Shown here: positions 41,569 to 51,724 of the stretch, one piece after another
How positions within the stretch are numbered: position 1 is the stretch's first letter
How the letters are laid out: each line of letters begins with the position of its first letter
NCBI GenBank assembly: GCA_963836185.1
Contig: CAWIIQ010000001.1
Span: forward strand, 320,001-384,000
Source: Candidatus Krumholzibacteriia bacterium
Lineage (GTDB): Bacteria; Krumholzibacteriota; Krumholzibacteriia; Krumholzibacteriales; Krumholzibacteriaceae
DNA length: 64,000 nt
Direction of reading: 5' to 3'
Notes under the pieces: generated by a model
What the model was told of the DNA's origin: nothing
Databases searched by the model: none
What the model saw: the letters and a program-made list of their open reading frames with translations, nothing else
Translations under genes and position numbers: made by a program

Positions 41569-43524
41569 CTATTCAAGTATTTGAAAGCCAGACGCTGCAA
41601 GGTAATCCCAAGTCTCATTTAGTTCTTCAATCGGAGGAACAAATACTATCGTCCCATCTCTTCCGCGAGTAAGTAAAACTCGATAAGCGTTGAGGCGCAT
41701 TTGGAAAGGATCTCGTGCTTGAGTGCGGCCCGAGGGTCTGTAATTCTTTGCTTTGCTATTGGTCCAAGCGCCATTCTCTCGAATAAAATCTGATCCCCAA
41801 CAAACCAGCGCCATATCCAATTCCAATCCCTGACATTGAAATTCAGTAATGGTGTTCTCTAATCTACGACAACTTCTCTCGTCTTCTTCATCCTCTGTAA
41901 ACCAAGGACCAATCTTAATGTTCTTAGTTGACATATAGTTGTTCATAATGCCAAGAGGCTCGAGGTCCTTGTCGCGCGAGGATGCAAGAATGCCAAATCG
42001 GGCTTTTGGCATTTCTGAATAGCGTTCACGCAAATAAGTTTTTCCCATTTCGAAGTCACGAGTTAGATAAAGCCTTATACCATCACTCGATCGGCCATAA
42101 GGCGCAAGAATTGACTCGGCAACTAGTGATGCTCCTTGGGAATCGCCTTTTCTCAGTAATTTTTCGACGAATTCATGTAAACGAGTGGAACAATGAAAGC
42201 GAATTTCTGTGTCTAGGTTTAGTGCACTCGCGCAACGGATATCGAAATTGCCGCCCGTAAAGACCTCTTTCAATGATGGCGGAACATGAACAGTCCAATT
42301 CTCATTTGATTTTTCTAATGCTGCTCTCCATTGTCCTAAGCCTTCTTCTTCGCCTAAGTGTATTTCTTGTCCTCCTCCGATCAATCCTATCAGGAGGGAC
42401 CATTCGGGCATTCGATCGCATACGCGAATGAATAGTTCAGGCTCACTTGCAATCCATCCAAAATCCCATTTTTTGTGCGTATCAGCTACTTTTTCAGGGC
42501 TAAAAGCTCGTTGTGCCTCATCAAACACTAACAAGTGTTCCGGGGGGATTTTGTCAGGGTTGGGTATATAACCATCTAAATAGCTTTTAATATGGCGGAC
42601 AAATGTACGACCACCACCGCCTGACTTTTTTAATTCATATTGAAGAACCTCGGATAACGGCTGATTGCCAGTTAGATAGAGCCCTGGTACCGACGGTTTG
42701 CCACCTTGTCGTTCTACTGCTAGATCATCTAGGAAGCGAGCATGCACAACTCTCATTCCAACAAGAGTTTTTCCGGCTCCTGGTACACCAGTTACCAAGA
42801 CTAAGTGTCGGGTTTTCGTTTGTGCTGCTGAATGGGCTATTTGGGCAATAGAATCAACTGCAGGCTCAGTAACTGCTTTAGCCCGCCATATCTCACGAAT
42901 TTCTCTGGACTCAAACAACTCCCGTGCTGCTTCTACAATAGTAGGCAATGGACAATATGCTTCATCACCAAGAAAATCTGTTATGGTCGGCCCTTTGCCT
43001 CTTGTTGCTCTTCCAGCCAAATCACCTACGACTTCATCTAAGCGATCCGGAGCTACTACTAATACATCTCCAACTTCACTAATTGACCCATTCGCCCTGG
43101 TAGGAACAAGGATGGGGTAGACATCACGTTTGTGACACTCCCGGTGATATGCTCGTAAATCACGAGCATATGCAGCCACTTGATCAAGGTCTGCTTGCCC
43201 TGGAGCTATTTTACCCTTTAGCTCCAGTACTATTACCGAGCCTTCTGCAAGCAGCACCACATCTGGCCGACGTTCATCATAGGGCAATCGATATTCCAAT
43301 ATGGCCCCATACCCCTCTGCTTCTTCTCGCTCATTAAGGAGTTCACCCGCTTCCCTCTGTAGGAGTGGAATGCCTTCGTGCCAAGCAGAAGCCTGTTCAG
43401 GAGAGAAGTCTCTAACGAAGTTTTCTAAGGATCCTTGGATTATTCCTGCATTCGTTTTATGAAAAGTTGGAAGATCAGACTGCCAACCCGCAGAAGTGTC
43501 ATTCATGTTACGAAATTGACTCAT
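41569..43524 (-). CDS. DUF2075 (Schlafen group 3-like) helicase with N-terminal PD-(D/E)xK/NERD-like nuclease
   Basis: LEY.LP...RRPDVVLL......VLELKG, Walker A GVPGAGKT, VFDEAQR, GGGQEIH.GEE, TEFQCQGLELD, NAYRVLLTRGRDG. Visibly AT-richer than its flanks. Confidence 0.85.
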   Translation of the reverse strand: MSQFRNMNDTSAGWQSDLPTFHKTNAGIIQGSLENFVRDFSPEQASAWHEGIPLLQREAGELLNEREEAEGYGAILEYRLPYDERRPDVVLLAEGSVIVLELKGKIAPGQADLDQVAAYARDLRAYHRECHKRDVYPILVPTRANGSISEVGDVLVVAPDRLDEVVGDLAGRATRGKGPTITDFLGDEAYCPLPTIVEAARELFESREIREIWRAKAVTEPAVDSIAQIAHSAAQTKTRHLVLVTGVPGAGKTLVGMRVVHARFLDDLAVERQGGKPSVPGLYLTGNQPLSEVLQYELKKSGGGGRTFVRHIKSYLDGYIPNPDKIPPEHLLVFDEAQRAFSPEKVADTHKKWDFGWIASEPELFIRVCDRMPEWSLLIGLIGGGQEIHLGEEEGLGQWRAALEKSNENWTVHVPPSLKEVFTGGNFDIRCASALNLDTEIRFHCSTRLHEFVEKLLRKGDSQGASLVAESILAPYGRSSDGIRLYLTRDFEMGKTYLRERYSEMPKARFGILASSRDKDLEPLGIMNNYMSTKNIKIGPWFTEDEEDERSCRRLENTITEFQCQGLELDMALVCWGSDFIRENGAWTNSKAKNYRPSGRTQARDPFQMRLNAYRVLLTRGRDGTIVFVPPIEELNETWDYLAASGFQILE

Positions 43525-43811
43525 ATGTCAGTGATCTCCTTGAAAACAATCATGATTTCTAAAATGCTATTGCACTGGGGCAGTATATTGAACATCACTG
43601 ATTAATTCAACTAACGTACCGTATAAACTCCAGAATCATTCCATTTTAGAGGCATTGCATACCTTGGTCAAATTGTGTAATCTCTTCAGGGCTTTGGCTG
43701 ATAGTGATCCGGACATAAGGCAAGAGGTGCTCGACCACTCAGAGTAATTGTTCGCAATGCTAAGCGAAGATCCGGATATACCGCATACATATACTGGAAG
43801 GCAAAATACCT

Positions 43812-43928
43812 ATGGGACCTTTCAACTTTCCATGGCTGACATTCCTGGCATTTATTGTGATTGATATCAGCATCCTGATAGCTATTGTCTGGGCGCTGAT
43901 CGACATCAGGCGTGAGCGCCAGCAGTAA
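43812..43928 (+). CDS. 38-aa single-TM peptide, probable symporter accessory protein
   Basis: MGPFNFPWLTFLAFIVIDISILIAIVWALIDIRRERQQ*, ending 21 bp before the SSS start. Too short for the ORF track. Confidence 0.6.
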   Translation: MGPFNFPWLTFLAFIVIDISILIAIVWALIDIRRERQQ

Positions 43929-43949
43929 CCTACTGGAAGAGAGGGAGCC

Positions 43950-45387
43950 GTGACACTTATTCAAGCGTGTATCGCTGTCTTGATTGTATATATCGGAATG
44001 TTGATGGGCGTTGGCATTTGGAGCGCAAGACGCACAAAATCAGCCTCTGATTTTATCATCGGAGGCAGGACGATTGGACCATGGGTCACTGCGCTCTCTT
44101 TCATCGCCGTCTATTTTAGCTCAGTGCTGATTATTGGCGGCGGAGCCTTCGGCTATAAGTTCGGCATGTCGACAATCTGGATCGGTGCGATCAACGTTCT
44201 GGTCGGCTGTACCCTATGCTGGATTGTTCTTGGTCGGCGTGTGCGGGAGATGACCGAAAGGCTTAGGTGTACGTACTATCTCGGGATTCTTCGCGAAACG
44301 GTACAACTCGCCAGCAGCGGGAATCTACTCGGCGGCAGTGATATTCCTGTTTCTGATCATATACAACGTCAGCGTGGTCAAGGGGATGGCCAATGCCTTC
44401 GAGGTCTTGATGGATATGCCGTACTGGGCCGGCGTGTTGATCTCGGGATTCGTGATCATCTTCTACGTTGTACTCGGTGGATACACGGCTGTCGTCTGGA
44501 CAGGCTTCATCCAGGCTTGGGTGATGATATTCTCACTACTCCTGCTTTTATTTAAGACAATGGGGGCTGTAGGAGGCCTCAGCGCTGGTATGCAGAAACT
44601 CGCTGCAATGGGAGAAGGATACGTCAATACACCTGGTGTTTGGGGGTGGGCGGGACTTATTAGCTTCTCGTTAGTTGTCAGTCTTGGTGTCTGGGGGATG
44701 CCGCAGCTTCTAATTCGATTCTATAGTATTAAGGATGTAAAAACGTTCCGCCTTGGGACGGTGATTGTGACAGTGGGCGCCGCAGTGGCGGTGATTCCCT
44801 ACATGGTAGGTGCGCTGGGCCGTGTGCTAGTGCCTAGCCTCGCGAATCCTGACCTTGCGATCCCGATGATCGCAGAGAAGGTTCTTTCACCTTGGGGGGC
44901 TGCGATTCTGCTCGCAGGGGTTGTGGCAGCAGGGATGTCAACCTTTGCCGGTGTGCTTATAATAGTATCCAGTTCCCTTGTGAGCGACATATGGAAGCAC
45001 GGCTTGAAGCGCGAATTGACTGGGAATCAGGAGGTCTCCGCGAACAGGTTCGTAAGTGCTTCAGTTGGTCTCGTATCTTTGGCAATTGCACTGAAGCCAC
45101 CAGCACTGATCCTTGTGCTAACTGGTTTCTCTTGGGCAGTTATCGCCAGTACAACTCTGTGGCCATTGTTATTCGGTTTATATGTTAAACGCACGAGCAA
45201 GGTAGGGGTGCTGATCTCTATGATTGCTGGATCGCTGACAGCGGTATTGTGGACTTGGGCTGGAAAACCATGGGGAGTGCATGGCTTTATTGCAGGGGGG
45301 ATTATTGGTTTAGTTTTTCTTGTGGCTATAAGTGCAATTAATCCTAATGATTTAAGAGATAGTGTCGACTCTCCTTCTCTTGATTAG
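43950..45387 (+). CDS. Sodium:solute symporter (SSS, PutP/PanF-like); frameshift near 44270
   Basis: SDFIIGGR.IGPWVTALS, YVVLGGY.AVVWT..IQ, GMPQ..IRFY, AAGMST. Confidence 0.85.
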
Positions 45388-45600
45388 AAGCGGATTGTTT
45401 GCACTGAGATAGAAAGCTACTAGTTGCAGTCTATCTCAGTGAAGTATTAGGGCGGTAACGCATAAACTATTGATTACTGGGCTCTGCCAGCTATAAACAA
45501 GACACATGATATTAGATACATAGTAGACTCGCAGAAATATATGATATGCTAGTTCATGACACATTACGTTAGACAAACTATAGATTATTAAGGAGCTAGA

Positions 45601-46503
45601 ATGGCAATTCCGGATTTTCAATCGATAATGCTTCCATTACTAGAGTTTGCATCAATCGCTGGTGAACATTCGCTTACTGAAGCTCGAGATCAATTGGCTA
45701 AACATTATTCATTGACCGATGAGGAATTGTCAGAGATGTTGCCAAGCAGGCGTGCTCCAACATTCTACAATCGCTTAGCGTGGGCAAAAACATATCTTCA
45801 ACGCGCAAAGCTATTGAGTTCTCCTCGGCGTGGTCGATTTGAGATAACACCTCGAGGCACAGAAGTACTCGAAAGCAAACCTGAACGATTATCAATTTCG
45901 TATCTGACCAAGTTTCCAGAGTTTCGAGAGTTTAGGGCTATTCGAAAGAAGCCGATTGAAAAAGAAGATTCAAATGAGACAAGCAACACGCCTGAAGAAC
46001 AGCTCGAAATATCTTATCAACAGATTAGAGACGAACTAGCCGAAGAATTACTTGCTAAAGTGAAGGCGGGAACTCCAGAAGCATTCGAACAGCTAGTTGT
46101 CGAGTTGCTTCTTCTTATGGGCTACGGAGGGTCAAGGTTAGATGCGGGACGGGCAATTGGGCGAATTGGTGACGAAGGAATTGATGGAGTTATCAATGAA
46201 GATCGTTTGGGTCTCGACGTTATCTATCTTCAAGCTAAAAAATGGGATGGTACTGTAGGACGCCCGGAAATTCAGAAGTTTGTTGGCGCGTTGCATGGAA
46301 AACGTGCGAAGAAAGGGGTGTTTCTTACAACCGGCACTTTCTCGAGTGGTGCTAAGGAGTATATTTCAACAATTGATCCCAAGGTAGTTCTGATTGATGG
46401 TAGTGATCTAGCCTATATGATGTTTGATTTTGGACTTGGAGTAACTACCATAAGTACATATGAGTTTAAAAAAATTGATCTCGACTATTTTGATGTTGAA
46501 TGA
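45601..46503 (+). CDS. mrr: Mrr type IV restriction endonuclease
   Basis: MAIPDFQSIMLPLL, FYNRLAWAKTYL (Mrr_N), FEQLVVELL..MGYG, GDEGIDG.I.EDRLGLD.IYLQAKKW, KGVFLTT..F. Confidence 0.95.
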   Translation: MAIPDFQSIMLPLLEFASIAGEHSLTEARDQLAKHYSLTDEELSEMLPSRRAPTFYNRLAWAKTYLQRAKLLSSPRRGRFEITPRGTEVLESKPERLSISYLTKFPEFREFRAIRKKPIEKEDSNETSNTPEEQLEISYQQIRDELAEELLAKVKAGTPEAFEQLVVELLLLMGYGGSRLDAGRAIGRIGDEGIDGVINEDRLGLDVIYLQAKKWDGTVGRPEIQKFVGALHGKRAKKGVFLTTGTFSSGAKEYISTIDPKVVLIDGSDLAYMMFDFGLGVTTISTYEFKKIDLDYFDVE

Positions 46504-46664
46504 ACAGTTGTCTAACTCCCGCTTGCAGCTGACGTTAACACATTATGAAAAAGAAGCTATTCATTGACTATTCCCCCATAAACTAACCATCGACAAGAGT
46601 ATTCTTGAACATCGGGGTTCAGAGCTATCGCCCTGATAGAATTCGTAAGCTTCCCTGAAAAAGG

Positions 46665-46748
46665 ACCAATATCTGCCGAATTTGCGATATGTGCATTTGC
46701 TCTTTGTCAGGAACATTGAATATCGTGGTTGCGTATATATATCGTCAG
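46665..46748 (+). repeat. About 84-bp dispersed intergenic repeat containing ATATC-N12-GATAT (copy at 50943-51026)
   Basis: Ungapped alignment with 50943-51026, including the identical core aacattgaatatcgtggtt. Confidence 0.75.
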
Positions 46749-46828
46749 GTGGATAGCATGCTGAATACGACCAGAAAGGAACGTGACAAAGTGAACAGGC
46801 CGCCACTAAACCGATTGGTACTACAATT

Positions 46829-47161
46829 TTGGTGGGTCTCGTTGCAGTGGACGTGCTGATCGTAGTCGGAGACCTGTTCAGGGAGGGGAGAGTAGATCTT
46901 CTCACCTTAGGCAGCGCTGTCGCAGTGATTGGCTTGTGCGCGTTAGTCTGGTCTGGCGTTTCGTGGGGACGATGGCTTCTGTTGGGATTTATTGGTTGGC
47001 GAGTTACTCTCATGGGTAAAGTCGTGGTAGCATCATTCTCACCGGGGGAGGTGCTGCGCCTCGGTGCTTTGATGGTACTGCTGTTTTACGTTGTCTCTGC
47101 GGTGGTCCTGGCGTCACCGATCGCGCGCTCGACCAGGGGAGCTAATGAAGTATCAATCTAA
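46829..47161 (+). CDS. Hypothetical membrane protein (true start possibly 46791 with an indel)
   Basis: Four hydrophobic segments. RBS AAAGGA near 46775. Confidence 0.5.
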   Translation: MVGLVAVDVLIVVGDLFREGRVDLLTLGSAVAVIGLCALVWSGVSWGRWLLLGFIGWRVTLMGKVVVASFSPGEVLRLGALMVLLFYVVSAVVLASPIARSTRGANEVSI

Positions 47162-48286
47162 ACGAAAGATGTATCTTCTCTGCCTGCGCCAGATCGTGAT
47201 CTCACTTTTCCTGATTTTGACATTAACTCAAACTACGTATTCACGAAATAAATCCAGAGTCAAATAATTCTGAAGCAATTCATGAAGCTCTTTCAGAAAT
47301 AATCGATGATGGAAAAGCACCTGGAATGGTCGCTGCGATTATCTCCAGTGATGGTGTCATCTCCATTTCTTCTGCAGGTGTCCGTAAAGCGGGTTCTGGT
47401 ATTGCGTTTACCACTGATGATCTTGTGCATCTGGGTTCCTGCACCAAAGCTATGACGAGCACTATGATTGCTACTCTTGTAGCAGAAGGAAAACTTGATT
47501 GGGATACGAAGTTGATTGATGTAATTCCAGAGCTTAAAGGAAATATTCATTCTGATTATTATAATATTACACTCTGGCAGCTTCTCACCCACCGGGCAGG
47601 TCTTCCTAGAAACGCAATGGATTGGGATGCACATAAGAAAAAAGAAATCAAAGAAAGGCGTCTGGCAACTTCTAAAAGATAATCTTCAGGAACCAGCTCC
47701 ATATAAAAATGGCGGATTCCATTACTCCAATTTTGGCTATATGGTTGCGGCATGTATGGCTGAAAAGGTAACCGGCTCAAGCTGGGAAATCTTGATGAAA
47801 AAACGGCTGTTCGAGCCTCTGGGGATGACCACTGCCGGATATGGAGCACCCGGTACACCCAAACAAATAGATCAGCCCTGGGGGCATAAAAAGACCTGGT
47901 ATTGGTATAAATGGATAGCTGATCAATCCGATAATCCGGAAGCACTTGCTCCGGCCGGTATGGTTCACTGCAGCATAGAAGACTGGGCCAGATTTATTTC
48001 CCTTCAACTGACTGACGAGAATCCTGTTCTGGAACGCCAATATTTGAATAAGTTAATTGAGCCTGATGGTTACTACGCCGGAGGTTGGGCCGTTGTAGAA
48101 CAGCCCTGGGCTAATGAAGTCATACTTGTTCATAACGGGAGTAACGGGATCTGGTATGCGGAAGTTGTGGTCGCACCTGAATTAGATAGAGCTTTTGTTG
48201 TGGCCACTAATTCACAGGACTTCGGTGTTACAGCTGATATATGTAAAAATATGATGAACAAACTCATTCTGATGAGTTTGCAATGA
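47145..48286 (+). CDS. Serine hydrolase, beta-lactamase/S12 family (frameshifts near 47250 and 47670)
   Basis: SxxK in GSCTKAMT, LLTHRAGLP, YSNFGY, HNGSNG. Signal peptide from ATG 47145. Confidence 0.85.
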
Positions 48287-48299
48287 ATGTATTATCCAT

Positions 48300-48390
48300 A
48301 GCAGTATCCTTCGCTTGCTCTGACTGCTCGAGCCGACCTTCAGCACGTAGAGTAATAGACACCATTCGCCAAATCTGACACCTGCCAGTC
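48300..48390 (-). pseudogene. Degenerate C-terminal sorting-domain remnant
   Basis: Minus strand DWQVSDLANGVY[shift]LYVLKVGSSSQSKRRILL, similar to 'ASGVYFYRL.AG....KKMILL'. Confidence 0.45.
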
Positions 48391-48498
48391 AGCGAGACGC
48401 TGAAGTACCTCTATCTGCTGTTTGCCGAGGACGGGGGCAGGTATCTCGACGAGGCGGTGTTCACCACGGAGGCCCATCCGCTTCGGAGGACGTGGTGA
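48391..48498 (+). pseudogene. C-terminal remnant of a glycoside hydrolase family 47 (alpha-1,2-mannosidase)
   Basis: SETLKYLYLLFAEDGGRYLDEAVFTTEAHPLRRTW* carries the GH47 ETLKYLYLLF and FxTEAHP motifs. No upstream coding body. Confidence 0.8.
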
Positions 48499-48667
48499 TT
48501 TGAATCCTCCCGGGCCGGCCGAAGAGGTCCTTGTCCAAGTTTGTTTTCGATGGGCATATTCCTGGACCACTGCTGCTGCCATTTATGCTAGTCTTTGAGG
48601 AGCTACAGATCGGCCTCGCACTGGAGGCCCGGAAGACCGGTTCAGGGAAAGGGTTTTGATACAAAGC

Positions 48668-49852
48668 ATGAATCTCGACAGCATTATATTTGAACTGGCG
48701 GTTATAATCGCGGGTTCTGCATTGCTGGGAACGCTCTTTCTTTACGGCAAGCAGCCCCTGCTCATCGCGTACATAGCGATCGGTTTTATACTGGGCCCCA
48801 ACGGGTTATCCCTGATAGACAGCACTGACCACATAGAGCATATCGCTCACTTCGGTGTAATACTCCTGCTTTTCCTGATAGGCCTCAATCTGCAGCCGGT
48901 CAGATTCATCAAGCTTTTCCGGCGGACCGCCTTAATTACCATCGGCACTGCATTCCTGTTCGGCAGTCTATCCTTCCTGTTCGCCCTGATTCTCAAATTT
49001 GACCTGCACAGCGCCTTCTTGTTCGGGGCGGCGATGTTGTTTTCGAGCACGGTTATAAGCCTGAAGCTGCTGCCGGCCAGCGAACTGAATCAGAAGCCTG
49101 CGGGCGAGATCATGACCAGCGTTTTGCTCCTGCAGGATCTGCTCGCTATCCTTGTAATACTTTTTGTTACCGGGGAGGCCAGCGATAATGTGCCGGTTAC
49201 ATTTGCGTTGCTTGCGGGAAAGTTTGTACTTCTGTGTATATTGTCGTTCGTCGGAGTGCGGTACATAATCTCTCCGCTGCTCAGAAGATTCAAAGTGATC
49301 CAGGAATATACTTTTATCGCGACGCTGGGATGGTGCCTCCTGTGTGCTGAGGCCGCGCATTATTCCGGGCTTTCTTATGAGATAGGAGCTTTCGTCGCGG
49401 GAATCTCGATAGCATCATGCAGGGCCGCGGTCGGTGTCGCTGAGAACCTGAGGCCGTTGCGCGAGTTCTTCCTGATCCTCTTCTTCTTTGCGATCGGAGC
49501 CGAGCTGAATTTCGGGATCAACATCCTTCACATCGCTGCGGCTGTCGTTTTCGGAGTATTGCTGGTGCCTTTGAAGGCTTTCGCGTTTCGCTTTGCTTTT
49601 CGAAAAAATGGCGAATCGCCTGAATTGTCAAAGGAACTCGGTGTGCGTCTGGGACAATCCAGCGAGTTCTCGCTCCTGGTAGTATTTGCCGCCCTGTCCG
49701 CGGGAGTCTTGTCGGCTGATAAGGGTATGGTGATCCAGATCGCCACGATCACAACCTTTATCATTTCAACTTACTGGGTCGTGCTGAGATACCCCACGCC
49801 TATATCGGTAGATAAGGGGACAAGCGGGCTGACTCAGGCGGAAATACTATGA
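48668..49852 (+). CDS. Cation:proton antiporter (CPA2, Kef-like membrane domain)
   Basis: KQPLLIAYI..G.ILGP, FSSTVI.LK, LLLQD, GAFVAG, LGQSSEFSL. Confidence 0.88.
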   Translation: MNLDSIIFELAVIIAGSALLGTLFLYGKQPLLIAYIAIGFILGPNGLSLIDSTDHIEHIAHFGVILLLFLIGLNLQPVRFIKLFRRTALITIGTAFLFGSLSFLFALILKFDLHSAFLFGAAMLFSSTVISLKLLPASELNQKPAGEIMTSVLLLQDLLAILVILFVTGEASDNVPVTFALLAGKFVLLCILSFVGVRYIISPLLRRFKVIQEYTFIATLGWCLLCAEAAHYSGLSYEIGAFVAGISIASCRAAVGVAENLRPLREFFLILFFFAIGAELNFGINILHIAAAVVFGVLLVPLKAFAFRFAFRKNGESPELSKELGVRLGQSSEFSLLVVFAALSAGVLSADKGMVIQIATITTFIISTYWVVLRYPTPISVDKGTSGLTQAEIL

Positions 49853-50355
49853 AGAAACGGAAAGTAATCGTAAACGACCTCATGCAGAAGAATTACGTTT
49901 ATTATCTTACTGAGCCTGCCGGAAGGAACTTTCACCCGGACTTCAAGCCTGAATTAACGCCGAAGCAGATGCTGGAAATGGGGGTTTTCGGCGGCAAATA
50001 CATGACTGATTGCAGAGATGAGTTTCCCGGGAGCTGGTTTGCCCGCGCAAAGCTGTGTCATGAACGACATGATCCCGGGTTGAATTACTTCGGGGTCAAT
50101 GCCTCTCAACCGTTATCTGTCTGGCGGGAAAAGGGATGGATCTACCATGAAGACCCCAGGGGATGGTTTCAATGGTATTGCAGGTACTACGCGGGCAGAA
50201 GATGCCCGGATGATGAGCGTCAGATAAAGAGGTGGAAAGGGATGAAGAGGCATATTGCTCAAATCAGAAAGCACTGCAAGAAGGGTGACCTGAGCTGTCG
50301 CCCGAAGCAGAGACAGGCATTGCTGAACTGGGCATATGACAGCAGAAAGCTTTAG
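49849..50355 (+). CDS. Conserved hypothetical protein (DPRGWFQWYCRYY family)
   Basis: F.PELTPKQML..GVFGGKY, NYFGV.AS, W..KGWI...DPRGWFQWYCRYY.GRR..DDERQI.RW, RQALL.WAYD. ATGA overlap with the antiporter. Confidence 0.8.
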   Translation: MKKRKVIVNDLMQKNYVYYLTEPAGRNFHPDFKPELTPKQMLEMGVFGGKYMTDCRDEFPGSWFARAKLCHERHDPGLNYFGVNASQPLSVWREKGWIYHEDPRGWFQWYCRYYAGRRCPDDERQIKRWKGMKRHIAQIRKHCKKGDLSCRPKQRQALLNWAYDSRKL

Positions 50356-50506
50356 CGCCCGGACCGCCGCATCCAGCGCACACGCAACCGCATTGCAGCG
50401 CATGACATGCATATACCTGCCGGATTTTCGATATACACGACGCAGGATCGGCAGTAAAATCGAACCATACAGTTCAATATCCAGGGTGACAGACTGGAGA
50501 GCAGTC

Positions 50507-50878
50507 ATGGATTTCACGGTCGAGTACATCGACGGTATCTTCATATGTGCCGCATCCGGCGTGGCCGGGGAAGGCGACGCCGCAAGGGTGATGGATGCGA
50601 TGTTGTCCCACCCGGAATGGAAGCCGGGAACACCGCGGTGCTATGACGTCTCGGGCCTCGATTCGGATTCGCTCACCGTTAAGGAGATGAGGCGGATCGC
50701 GAGTTTCGCCTCCATTCACAAGAAGGAACTCGGGGGCGGGAAGATAGCCATGGTCGCGAGCCGCAATCTCGAGTACGGATTCTCACGTATGCTGAGCGTT
50801 CTGGTCACCCAGTTCGGGAAATCGGACCTGGAGGTTTTCCGGACGCGGGAAGAAGCGCTAGCCTGGCTCTCCTCCTGA
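50507..50878 (+). CDS. SpoIIAA/STAS-SEC14-like small protein
   Basis: 'KIAMVA...LEYG.SRM......LEVFRTREEALAWL' tail. RBS GGAG. Confidence 0.6.
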   Translation: MDFTVEYIDGIFICAASGVAGEGDAARVMDAMLSHPEWKPGTPRCYDVSGLDSDSLTVKEMRRIASFASIHKKELGGGKIAMVASRNLEYGFSRMLSVLVTQFGKSDLEVFRTREEALAWLSS

Positions 50879-50942
50879 CGGCGTCAGGGAGAGGCCGGTC
50901 ATATTTGCCGTCCGTCCCGGGAAAGTCCTTCTCGTGAATCAC

Positions 50943-51026
50943 ACCGATATCCGCTGTACTTGCGATATGCACGTCTATTTAATGACAGAAACATTGAATA
51001 TCGTGGTTCCGTATACATGACATCAG
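50943..51026 (+). repeat. Second copy of the ~84-bp intergenic repeat
   Basis: See 46665-46748. Confidence 0.75.
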
Positions 51027-51080
51027 CTTATAAGTACTTCACGATACCTGTGCTGCTCGATGAACCGGGAGGAGAACCCC

Positions 51081-51651
51081 ATGAAACGTGACAGAAGAGA
51101 TTTTCTCAAGACTGTGACAGCAGGCGTCCTTACAGCTTCGCTTGTGCCTCTGAGTGTGTCTGGTGAAGAGGAAAAGCCGCAATCGGATACTGAAGGGGTC
51201 TCCCCGAAGAGTAGAGGTGAGATGGCGAATGCCTGTATGCAGAAATATGGCAGCTGTTGTTCGGGCGTGCTGGCTGCTTATGCCGCAGAGGTGGGGATGG
51301 ATCAGGATCTTGCCGGTGCCGCGGGCCGGGGTATGGCAGGAGGGATAGGGGGCCTTGGGAAACGTTTGCGGCGCTGTCAGCGGAGCCGTGATGGCGATCG
51401 GGCTGAAAACGACAAACGAGAGCAATATTCACGATATGCAGGCTGGAATGAAAGCGATGGAGACTGTCAGGGAATTCGTTGCAAGATTCGAAGAGCAGCA
51501 CTCATCCATACAGTGCAGGGAGCTTATAGGCTACGATATAAGTTCCACGGAGAAGAGTATGCTTGCCATGCAGGAGAAGGCTTTCGAAAAGTGCCCCGGA
51601 TATGTCGAAAGTGCAGTGGAAATACTCGATGATCTACTTAGTAACGGATAA
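51081..51651 (+). CDS. Tat-exported C-GCAxxG-C-C family putative redox protein (frameshift near 51358)
   Basis: MKRDRRDFLK twin-arginine signal, SCCSGVL, GMAGGIGGLG[shift]NVCGAVSGA, SIQCRELIG, KCPGYV. Confidence 0.8.
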
Positions 51652-51724
51652 TTATACAGAGGAATCGATCAACGGGTGCCGATTTCGCGAAGGAGCGAAC
51701 CGAGTTCACTCAGGAGGAGCAGAC

